Assembly: GCF_006345805.1 (NCBI RefSeq)
Contig: NC_043016.1
Location: 23,622,001 to 23,686,000 of the forward strand
Length of the DNA: 64,000 bases
Source: Octopus sinensis
Lineage: Eukaryota
Direction of reading: 5' to 3'
The position numbers and the translations under genes are program-made. Under the pieces are notes generated by a model. That model searched no databases. It was given only the letters and a program-made list of their open reading frames with translations, and had not been told where the DNA came from. How positions within the stretch are numbered: the first letter of the stretch is position 1; every line of letters begins with the position of its first letter. Positions 48,437 through 58,299 of the stretch are shown here, in pieces.

Positions 48437-49390
48437 CATGGGCGGTGACTGCAGAGGACATGCGTAGACTTGAAAGAAATGAAGCTAGCATGATCCGCTG
48501 GATGTGTAATGTCAGTTTGCGTGCACGACAGAGGGTAACCACCCTGAGAGAAATGCTGGACATAAGAAGCATCAGATGTGGTGTGCAAGAGCGATGCTTG
48601 CGATGGTATGGTCATGTACTGCAGATGGATGAGGAGAGATGTGTGAAGAAGTGCCACTCCCAAACAGTTGAAGGTATCAGGGGGAGAGGTAGACCCAGGA
48701 AGACATGGGATGAGGTAGTCAAGCATGACCTCAGAGCGCTGGGCCTCACAGAGGCAATGACGAAAGACCGAGATCTCTGGAGGAAATATGCTGTGACTGC
48801 ACTAGTCCCGCATAGCCCCTGCCCATTCAAAGTACCTTGGATTCCAGAACATCCCACTGTGCTTGAGGAGACCTATTGAGTCAAGTACATGAACATCGAA
48901 ATAAATATCAATGGAAATAGTAGTTGTGATACCTGTGCCGGTGGCACGTAAAAAGCACCATCCGAATGTGGCCGATGCCAGCACCGCCTCGACTGGCTTC
49001 TGTGCCGGTGGCACATAAAAAGCATCATCCGAACGTGGCCGATGCCAGCGCTGGCTCGACTGGCTTCTGTGCCGGTGGCACATAAAAAGCACCATCCGAA
49101 CATGGCCGATGCCAGCGCCGCCTTGACTGGCTTCTGTACCGGTGGCACATTAAAAGCACCAACCGATCGTGGCCAATGCCAGACTCCCCTGGCACCTGTG
49201 CTGGTGGCACGTAAAAAGCACCCACTACACTCGCGGAGTGGTTGGCGTTAGGAAGGGCATCCAGCTGTAGAAACACTGCCAGATTAGACTGGAGCCTGGT
49301 GCAGCCCCTGGCTTCCCAGACCCCGGTCGAACCGTCCAACCCGTGCTAGCATGGAAAACAGACATTAAACGATGATGATGATGATGATGA
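48437..49390 (+). mobile_element. 5'-truncated RTE-clade LINE (ORF C-terminus, 3' UTR with VNTR, (GAT)n tail)
   Basis: TWAVTAEDMRRLERNEASMIRWMC...LRWYGHVLQMDEERCVKKC...GRGRPRKTWDEVVKHDLRALGLTEAMTKDRDLWR. Confidence 0.93.
48934..49225 (+). repeat. 67-bp VNTR (~4.4 units) in the RTE 3' UTR
   Basis: Units start near 48934, 49001, 49068, 49135 and 49198 (tgtgccggtggcac.taaaaagcacc...). Confidence 0.9.
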
Positions 49391-50515
49391 CTTACATCAA
49401 TAATGGAACTCCCATAGCAAGAATATCAAGTACAAAAACCCCTGCATGGAGTCTTGATATTTAATATTCAATTAATATTGTTTGGGTATGCAGATTATAC
49501 CGACCTAGCAAGGTGCTTCAATTTAAGTACCTAATAGTAGGTGGAGTTCTGCTGAATGATTATTAAGTTGTAGGGTAGGTTCTGAGAGTAAGATATTATG
49601 GATGATTTTAATTGATTAAATCTGGTATTGTGTTATTGTTCAGAATGAAGTCATACATGTAGAACTTTGTAATCAGGTGTGTCTATTTAAGTGTGTCAGC
49701 TTAGGTCTTGAGTTTTCTTAGGGTTCACAAAAATAATTAGGTAAGTAGAAAGGTCAGATGATCAGCAGATTTGTAACTAAGTTTAATTGTTGTTGTTAAT
49801 TTTATTTGAATACTAATGGAAAATGTGGAGGTTGTTGGTCAAAGTTCAGACCCGCATATAAAATTTTGCAATTAAATGTGTTTATTTACAAAAGATTTTT
49901 TGACAACTTGACACTATCTCAGCTACTTTTGCCCCTCTATCACCACAAATTATTCCAATAATATACACACACAAAAAAAAGATTAACATTACAGATTTCC
50001 ACTGAACAGGTACTGCAGAAATTATTTAAAAGGTCTACTTTCAACCAAAATACCTACAAAAAATTTCCAGTACACATTCCTACTATAGATAAACACACAC
50101 ACACACACACACACAAACACACATGTGCAGGCTAAAACTTTGAAGTCACTGTCAACACTATTCTTGTTAAAAAATAATAAATATGTACTCTACAAAAAAG
50201 TATTGTTTAATGTCAAATTGTTTTTATTATAACAAACATTATTATAATACACACACATGTGCATGCATGCATGCACACACACACACACACACTATTTGAA
50301 CCAATGGAAATTCTGGAATTTCCCTTGCAACCATTTCTTCAGATGAGTTAGACTGGGACAGTTTGATTTCTTGAAGAAGCAGCTGCATGCTGTGGCTGAT
50401 TGATATAATTCTCATACATCTTGTACACTGGTGCATTGATATAAGAATTATTGAAACAGACATGGGAATGAAAATAACAAGATATTGATATTGTTTTCTG
50501 TTATTCCTTCTGATA

Positions 50516-50901
50516 CAGTGGTTTTCAACTGGGATCCATATGATACCGGGGGTTTCTATATGATATTTTTATATGACATTTTCATATAAAATATATATGA
50601 AAATATGATATATTTTGATATTTTTATGGCTTCACATAAGCAAAATAGTAAATTGTGGATTTAAGAGTCCATGAAAAAATTTTGCTTTAGATGTATCATT
50701 GCAAGAAACAGGTAAGTTTCTTTTTCAAGTGTTTTACACAGTTCAAACTACACAAGTGAATGCATGAAAAAACAGAATAGGAATTTTGAAAGCCGTACCA
50801 ATAAAACTAGTTTTTAATTATTGAATGGCTTGGGGTTGCACTAGAACAGAATAAAATCAAAGGGGTCCATAGTTAAAAAAAAAAATGGTTGAGAACCATT
50901 G
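50516..50901. mobile_element. hAT (Charlie-type) MITE, 386 bp
   Basis: TIR CAGTGGTTTTCAAC versus CAATGGTTCTCAAC; 8-bp TSD ttctgata / ttctaata (7 of 8 match). Confidence 0.85.
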
Positions 50902-51481
50902 TTCTAATACATTTTGTTCTGTCCGTGTGCTATAGCAATTATAACAATTTTGTTATAGATATAACAGAGTGTAAGGCTATACATTAATGCATGTGGATTT
51001 AGGGTTTTCAAAGTTCAATGCAATAAATATTAAACTGTAATACGATTGACTAATTGTATGCTCACACAACATACAACATGATAATGTTGTGTGTATTGTG
51101 TGTGTATATGCATGTGTGTATGTGTGTGTGTGTGTGCCCGTGTGTATATGCATATATATGTATATATGTGTGTGTGTATATATATATATATTATTGTGTC
51201 TGGGGAGAGTCATTCTCGTTTAGTGCCTCATTATTTAACACACTCACCGGTTCAATTGTCACTCGTTTACTTATTTATTTTTACTTAAATTTTCATTGCA
51301 TCTTGCAACCTCTTCAATTGTCGTTGACTCTGTTCAGAACTGCATTCTTTTTATTTGCTTGTTTGTGTGTTTGTATGTGTGTGCATGTGCATTTGTGTGT
51401 GTACCTCTGTCTCCTTGTGTGTGCCTCTTTGTCCATATTACCTATGTACCCTTCTATCTGTTTACTTACAGATCTATTTAC

Positions 51482-51523
<42 letters not shown>

Positions 51524-51859
51524 GTGTGTGTGTGTGTATACACATACATACATACATATATACATATATGTATATGTATATATATATATATACATACACA
51601 CATCTACATAACAACCTACTAACATCTCTACCTGTGTATATATAAACTGTGAATATTGGGGTATGACTACCTTCATATATTTCTTATTTAGTATTGGGGA
51701 TGTTTCATTTATGAGGATGTACTCTTGTATTCATCTGAGTGTTGTGTCCTTTGGGTGCTTGGATAAAATGCGGTTGTCAAGTTGTCCCACTGTGCCTCCA
51801 TATTGGTCTTTGGCTTGTTGTTAGAGTATGGAGGACTGTGTTTTGTTGTCATATTGTCT

Positions 51860-52920
51860 CAAGGGTCATTTAGTTTCTCTGCAATGTTTCTAGATTTTGT
51901 TCTAACAAGAATGTTAATGTCATCTACATACTTACAGTAAAGTAAAACAGTTGTGGATTGTTCCGCTAAAGATTGCTTAAGTTTTCTGCCCCACCAGATC
52001 ATGAAGAGGCCAGCCACATCTCCAGCCATACTGACACCAATAGCTGCACCTTGAACCTGCATGTATAAATTCCTGTTAAACTTTACTATGTGGTTTTTTA
52101 TGCTAGCATCTGTTGCATGTGCAATCATTCTTTTCCCCTGACTGTTGTTCTCAGGGCCCTGGGAGGATATAGTCCAGCCACTCCAGTGCTCTGTGGTGCT
52201 TTTTTCATTGCTGAGGTGATGGTGGGTGGCCTTCCCCTCTGTGGCCTGGTGGGGCAGAATCTACTAAGGTCATGGTTGTCTAGGTAGTTACAGTCATAGG
52301 TTAGTTTAAGGTGGTGGCCCAGTTCCCTCATGTTGACCTTACGGAACTCTACTTCACTCTCACAGATAATCTCAACGCATTTTTCCTCAGCAAAATCTAT
52401 GTCTATAGATGGGTAGGGTGAAATTACATCCATACTACCCACTGCACAACTTGTGAGGTCGTTGGAGTGGTTACAACCACTGATTCTACTGAGAAGATCC
52501 TCTTGGCTCACACAGACACCTGGGGACATTTCAATGAGTGGTAACAATACCTGTGAGAGGAAGTAGGATAGTCTATAATCGCTGGAGATATTCACTCCAC
52601 AAACTGGTTGGGTTGGGGGACCTATAACAGGGTTTACATAGGGTTCATGGTCTTTATGTAACCTGTATAGCTTAGGAACATCATTGTTGAATGCTTGGAA
52701 ATTTTGTGCAATCTGTTTCTTGGGTTGGAGTATGTTGTACCACATTCCCATGTGTGCATTGAGGAGTTTTTCCACTCTTTCATGTTCCTGTGGTGCAATT
52801 TCTCTCATGCTACTGATGTGTTGTTGCATGGTCTGGACATAGTTCTGTGAGTTGCCTATTGACAGTCTGCCAGACTTGTCTGTAATCACGCAAAATATTG
52901 TTGAAGGAAATATATTCATG
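51860..52920 (-). pseudogene. Penelope-like reverse transcriptase, decayed (PLE-1)
   Basis: TDKSG..PKLYRLHKDH..GPPTQPV..GSMDVISPYPSID..(frameshift)..QVQGAAIGVSMAGDVAGLFM..YCKYVDDINILV. Confidence 0.85.
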
Positions 52921-53323
52921 TAAAGTCATTCAACACACTTGAATGCTATTTTAAATGGGAATAATTTCATTCTTGTTTGGCTGTGAGTGACAGATTTGAT
53001 TTGTATAGTAGACTAAGTGAAACAACATAGAAACTCATGCATCCTATGATGCAATGACATTCACTCCCCATTTGTGTGTTTACACATATCTAAGAGCAAA
53101 ATTTTTTCCAGTAGCAGAAGGCCTTCTTACATACAAGTTTTCCTAAACATGTTGAATATGATTTTGCATGTGTGTGTGTGTGTGTGTGTGCGTGTGCATC
53201 CATATATATTATTGCATTTGTGTATGTATATATTTATGTATATATATATGTATGTATGTATGTATGTTGTATGTATGCATATATGTGTGTGTGTATATCT
53301 ATTTATGTATCTCTCTCTCTCTT

Positions 53324-53404
<81 letters not shown>

Positions 53405-53406
<2 letters not shown>

Positions 53407-53944
53407 GACCTTCGAAAGTTGGGTCTCACAGAGGCAATGACGAAAGACCGAGAACTCTGGAGATATGCTGTGACTGCGAAGACCCGACAAATAACATGAG
53501 TTCATGGCTGTTTCCTGCACCAGTTTCACATAGCAGCCCCAGCCCATCCAAAGTACCTTGGATCGCAGGATGGCCTGCCGTGCTTACCTTGGATTGTAGG
53601 GTGACCTGCCGTGCTTGAGGAGGCCTATTGAGTCAAGTATATCAACATCAAAAAATCAAATGGAAATTGTAGTTGTGATACCTGTGCTGGTGGCACATTA
53701 AAAGCACCAACTGATTATGGCCATTGCCAGCCTCCCCTGGCACCTGTGCCGGTGGCACATAAAAAGCACCCACTACACTCATGGAATGGTTGGTGTTAGG
53801 AAGGGCATCCAGCTGTAGAAACACTACCAGTATCATCCTGATTCCAGATCAGACTGGTGCAGCTTCCTGGCTTCCCAGACCCTGGTCAAACCGTCCAACC
53901 CACGCTAGCATGGAAAACGGGCGTTAAACGATGATGATGATGAT
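53405..53944 (+). mobile_element. 5'-truncated RTE LINE inserted at (TA)n
   Basis: DLRKLGLTEAMTKDRELWRYAVT, and the same 3' UTR and tail as 48437-49390 but with only about 1.5 VNTR units. Confidence 0.92.
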
Positions 53945-53974
53945 ATATAATTATATACCTCTGTGTGTGTGTAT

Positions 53975-54155
53975 CTACAATAATCCTTTCTGCTAAAGGC
54001 ACAAGGCCCGAAATTTGAGGAGAAGGGACTAGTCAATTACATCAACTCCAGTGTTTCACTGGTACTTAATTCATCAACCCCAAAAGGACAAAAGGCAAAG
54101 TCGACTTTGGTGGAATTCGAACTCAGTATGCTAACAATTCTGCCAGCTCGCCGCC
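53975..54155 (-). mobile_element. SINE B with deletion
   Basis: Consensus match. Confidence 0.8.
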
Positions 54156-54677
54156 TTGTGTATATCTATAATAATAAAAGTGAAATTCTGTCTGTCGATC
54201 TGGGAGCCCTATATATATATATATATCAATCTACATTTGCTCTACATAGACATATACCTTTTAGGAATCAGGATGATACTAGGATTGAAAATTTGCTCTT
54301 CATTTGGTTCTTGAGCATCTAACATTGGGATCTGATTTAAAAGCATTTGGGTTGTTATTTCTAGCAATTTTTGGGTGGTGTTTGTCAGATGACGTCAGAG
54401 ATCAAGGGGGAGATAAATGACATTTGCTTCATTAATTTCATGTTGAGATGAGAACTTTGGAACAAACTGGCCAACAGTTGGAATTCAACTTTGGACTGGA
54501 ACAATAGAATGATTGTATTACAGAATTAACCTCTGACCAAACACCATTGGGGCATATAGTCATTATAGACTTATTATAGTCATGCTATTTAGCTCTCTTT
54601 AGTTTTGGGCTGCAGACACAATTAGCCCTCAGCAGAAGCTAGATGAAAAGTCTGTATGGAGTGTGGTTTTTAAGGTA

Positions 54678-54717
<40 letters not shown>

Positions 54718-54942
54718 TTCTTATGTCTGTTATCATTTATCTTTCTACTTCCTTCTCCTTCTCTATGCAGGCATGACTGGTAAAAAGTTTTTTTCCCACC
54801 CATATAGCTCTGGGTTCAGTTTTATCAAAGCCTTGTGAGAGTTTTTGGTAAACAGAAACTGAAAGAAGCCCACCATGTATATATATATATGGTAAATAAA
54901 AGACAGAAGATGGAATATATGAGAATTTATTGTTAATCACAG

Positions 54943-55036
54943 CAATCGTTTTGACACATCTAGCATTGATCCCTCATGGGTGGGACACTCAACAACTGGT
55001 TCAGGAGCATCTGACAGTGCAGATGTGTCTTATCAG
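54943..55036 (+). CDS. Candidate 94-nt internal exon, gene unidentified
   Basis: ttgttaatcacAG acceptor, CAG|GTGATA donor; two open frames (NRFDTSSIDPSWVGHSTTGSGASDSADVSYQ or IVLTHLALIPHGWDTQQLVQEHLTVQMCLI). Confidence 0.25.
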
Positions 55037-55479
55037 GTGATAAAAAGACACAACTTGTTAAAATAACAGTTCCACAATGTATCTTCTCATTTCTTAGAAA
55101 GACAAGCAGCAAAACAAAGGAAATATCTTCATTTATATAGAAGATCAAAAATAAAATCAGAAAGGTGGTGCTCCAGCATGGCCGCAGTCAAATGACTGAA
55201 ACAAATAAAAGAATGCAAAAAAGAAATGAACATGCAATACAGCAAGGAAAGTGTTAAAAATAGTTGTTAAAATATATGGATGTATAAGCATCCTCATACA
55301 AGCTGTATGATATGTGTACACTTACTCAGACAAACATCCATGAAAATGTAAGCACACTCACACATGTGGATTGGTGCACTCACAATCACAAAGTGAGGTA
55401 AATAGCTACTTGGTGTTTATAAGAATGGGGAGGTTAATGCTAAACTTAATTCATCGATACCTTAAAGTAAATTATATTA

Positions 55480-57190
55480 ACAGTTACCCCAATTCATTCC
55501 CAATGCATTGTGTGAAAGTACATTTATATGCGTGTAGGCATTTTGAGAGACTTTCAGAAATTCTATTAATGATCTTCTCATTGGTTCACAGAATAGACAG
55601 GGATTCCCTGGAGCAGAATTGGCATCTCCTGGAAATTATATTGTATGGTTCTGTGTGCCTTACTATGGACCAAGTTATGTTGTACTTAATTGTACCTTCC
55701 TTCAATCACCATACAAAATCAACCAAAGATGTTAAATGTCTCTTATTGATTGTCTTAAAGCTGGAGACATGGTTTCAGTAATGATTCTTAAATGAATCAA
55801 CTGTCTGCCCAATGTAAACATACAGCCCTTCTCTTGTGTGCCCGGTACATTTATAAAGAAGATTTGTACTCATACAGAAGTTCGCCAATGGGCATTTTGA
55901 TTTTTCTCTACATGAGCATTTATTATATTTATTTGAATATATGGCAGTTCCAACTTCATTTTCTGATGTTGTTACCATATTAGCTATATCATAAGCATTT
56001 CTACTATTACAATTTGGCCATAATTGGTGCTTTACATTGTGGTTTACATCTCCTTTATTCGTATATAGATGCCTATGTTTGCTAGATCCAGTAGGTGAGT
56101 TATTGAATTGTTGTTGCATTTTACTATTGTTTATGCAGTGAATAAGCTGCTCTATATTACCTGAGTTAGTGTAGGATACCTTTACAGTATACCAATTAAA
56201 AATAGCATGATATCAATTATATTTAGGAAAACATTTGTCCAAAGTGGCAAAAAATTTTCTAGCGGTCTTGGTTGAAATATGTGAATTGAAAATTGGACTG
56301 AACCGGAGGACATCTTGATTCCTATCTTAGGCTTATTTGACCAATTGTGTTGTACAGGATTGGAGCAACTTACAGTGTTACAAGCAGTTGGATTATTATA
56401 TTGTGTGCATCTATGAGTTTTTGTAGGTGGTTCATTGTTTTGACCAATTCTTCTTGGCCTATATTCTCTATCTGAATGAGTTCTCATACTGTGACGTTGT
56501 GATGGTGTACAACGTGTATTAGTATTGGAGGAATTACCAGTGTTGTGTATGCCTGCTTCTTGTATATATTGAAACTTTTCACAGTACCCAGCCCTATCTA
56601 AAGCAGCATTATAGAAAGTTGCATGGGATTCAAAAATTTTTTTATTAGTGGATAATCTAGAAATTCTTGTAGAAATATTTTTAACTAATCCCTGTATTAT
56701 CGAGGGTGGATTGGTGGATGCTACATTTATGTACTTGATATGATCATTTGGCTTGTGGAATGGTTCAAATAATCCAGTATCAAGACAAGTTAGCATCAAG
56801 AAAAATTACTCTATGATAATCCTTTCCCATTGTAATGTTCAGTCCTGAATTAAAAAAAAATCTGAAGATAATTTCCTATGCCTTTCTAATTGTACTTTCC
56901 TACTTCTCACCAGAAACAAAAGGTGTCATCCCTATATAAACCTCCTGTTATTTTCAGAAAGGAAGACTGGATTAATGAGAGGATATTTATCCTGACTAGG
57001 TCTGTGACCTCTACAGAGTCAGATGAACCCATTGATATATCAAAAGCATTCTCCCTATCTAATCTACTCCATAGTCTACCATCAAAATCAACGAACAGGG
57101 TTCATACAGCAAGTATTATATCTATTTCATATTGGGACAAATTGGAATTTCTCATGCTATAAATCAGGGCTTTATTAAGGACAATCGGGT
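55480..57190 (-). pseudogene. Penelope-like element PLE-2: RT C-terminal half, thumb, Cys-rich linker and GIY-YIG endonuclease, decayed
   Basis: AFDISMGSSDSVEV..GGLYRDD..PFHKPNDHIKYINVASTNPPSII..CSCREKSKCPLANFC..LLYKC..VYIGQTVDSFKNHY..CQFCSRE. Confidence 0.88.
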
Positions 57191-57299
57191 TCATTTTCTT
57201 TCTTCACCTTTTCCACATATGCAAATTCCATAGAACCAGCTTTCATAACCAGTGATGATCCTCAAAAAAAAAAAAAAAAAAGATCCACATCAACTTCTA

Positions 57300-57896
57300 A
57301 ATGTTCTTTCAGTTCATGACAAGCATTCAGTCATGACTGCTTTTGATATTCTGTGAGCAAGCAAGGTACAAATTTTGCTGCAACTCTCTTCATTCGCAAT
57401 TCCTCACTCAAAGTTTATTGGCAGGAGCTCCAGGTTTCACTAGTAATAACTAGTTCATCAATTGTTCAGTGATGGTTCTCCAAGATCAGTTCATGAATTT
57501 TCATAAATGTTTGCATTTGTTCAGGGGTTGATGGTTGCCCTGAATGAGATTGGTCTTCAAGTGGCATATGACCATTCCTAAAGCATGAAACTTCTGTTTT
57601 GATCATGGCAGCATTCTTTCTTGTTAGCTATTTGGAGCATGAGAACCATTTCAGCCACCATTTTCCTCAGCAGAAAACAGAATTTCACGAAAGCATACTG
57701 TTCCTTTGTTTCAGCCATCGCAAAACATTGACAAACAGGGGAGAAGCACTGCAAAACAAAGATGCACCACATGACGATGCCAGTCAGCAGACTGATTTTT
57801 GAGGGTCGCATCAAGTGGCTTCTAGCAGGAGAAGCCTGAACTACAAAGGGCTTGTCCCACAGAGAACGTTTCTGGTTACTCTTGGGTTCCTCCTTG
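57300..57896 (-). pseudogene. mariner transposase 5' half with one TIR
   Basis: MAETKEQYAFVKFCFLLRK..RNGHMPLEDQSHSGQPST..RVAAKFVPCLLT; TA-CAAGGAGGAACCCAAGAGTAACC terminus at 57896. Confidence 0.8.
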
Positions 57897-58299
57897 TATG
57901 TACAAGATAAATAAGATTGAATGTGGTTATGTGAGTGTGTTTATGCCCCAACGTGTCTGAAACAGTGAGACAAATGAATTCAATTTTTGAAATATGTGTC
58001 CCTAAGAGGTTGTCCATAAATAATAATAATAAGATATATAATTTGCATATCAACTTCTTGATTGACAAATCTTCAATTTTCTGTCAGTCAGCATCAAGCT
58101 CTTTCTTATTTACGCCTTTCCTTCTCTCTATATATTTACCACAATCTTTATTACTCTCTGTGTATGTATTATCTCTTACGCATACTGCTCTTTTCCCTCA
58201 CTCATCTCTCTCTCTCTCTCTCTCTCTCTTTATATGATATGCAATTGCTTTCACTTTGTTTGAACATCTTGTAATGTTTACTTTCATTTTATAATACAC

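Noticed and set aside
48934-49225. CRISPR-like repeat-spacer array
   Set aside because: Units are contiguous near-identical tandem repeats with no unique spacers, they lie in a LINE 3' UTR, and the context is eukaryotic
54610-54660. Fourth hammerhead in the TA-anchored repeat at 54270-54680
   Set aside because: Short stems are present (cagac/gtctg, tagc/gcta) but the core nucleotides are not at hammerhead spacing on either strand
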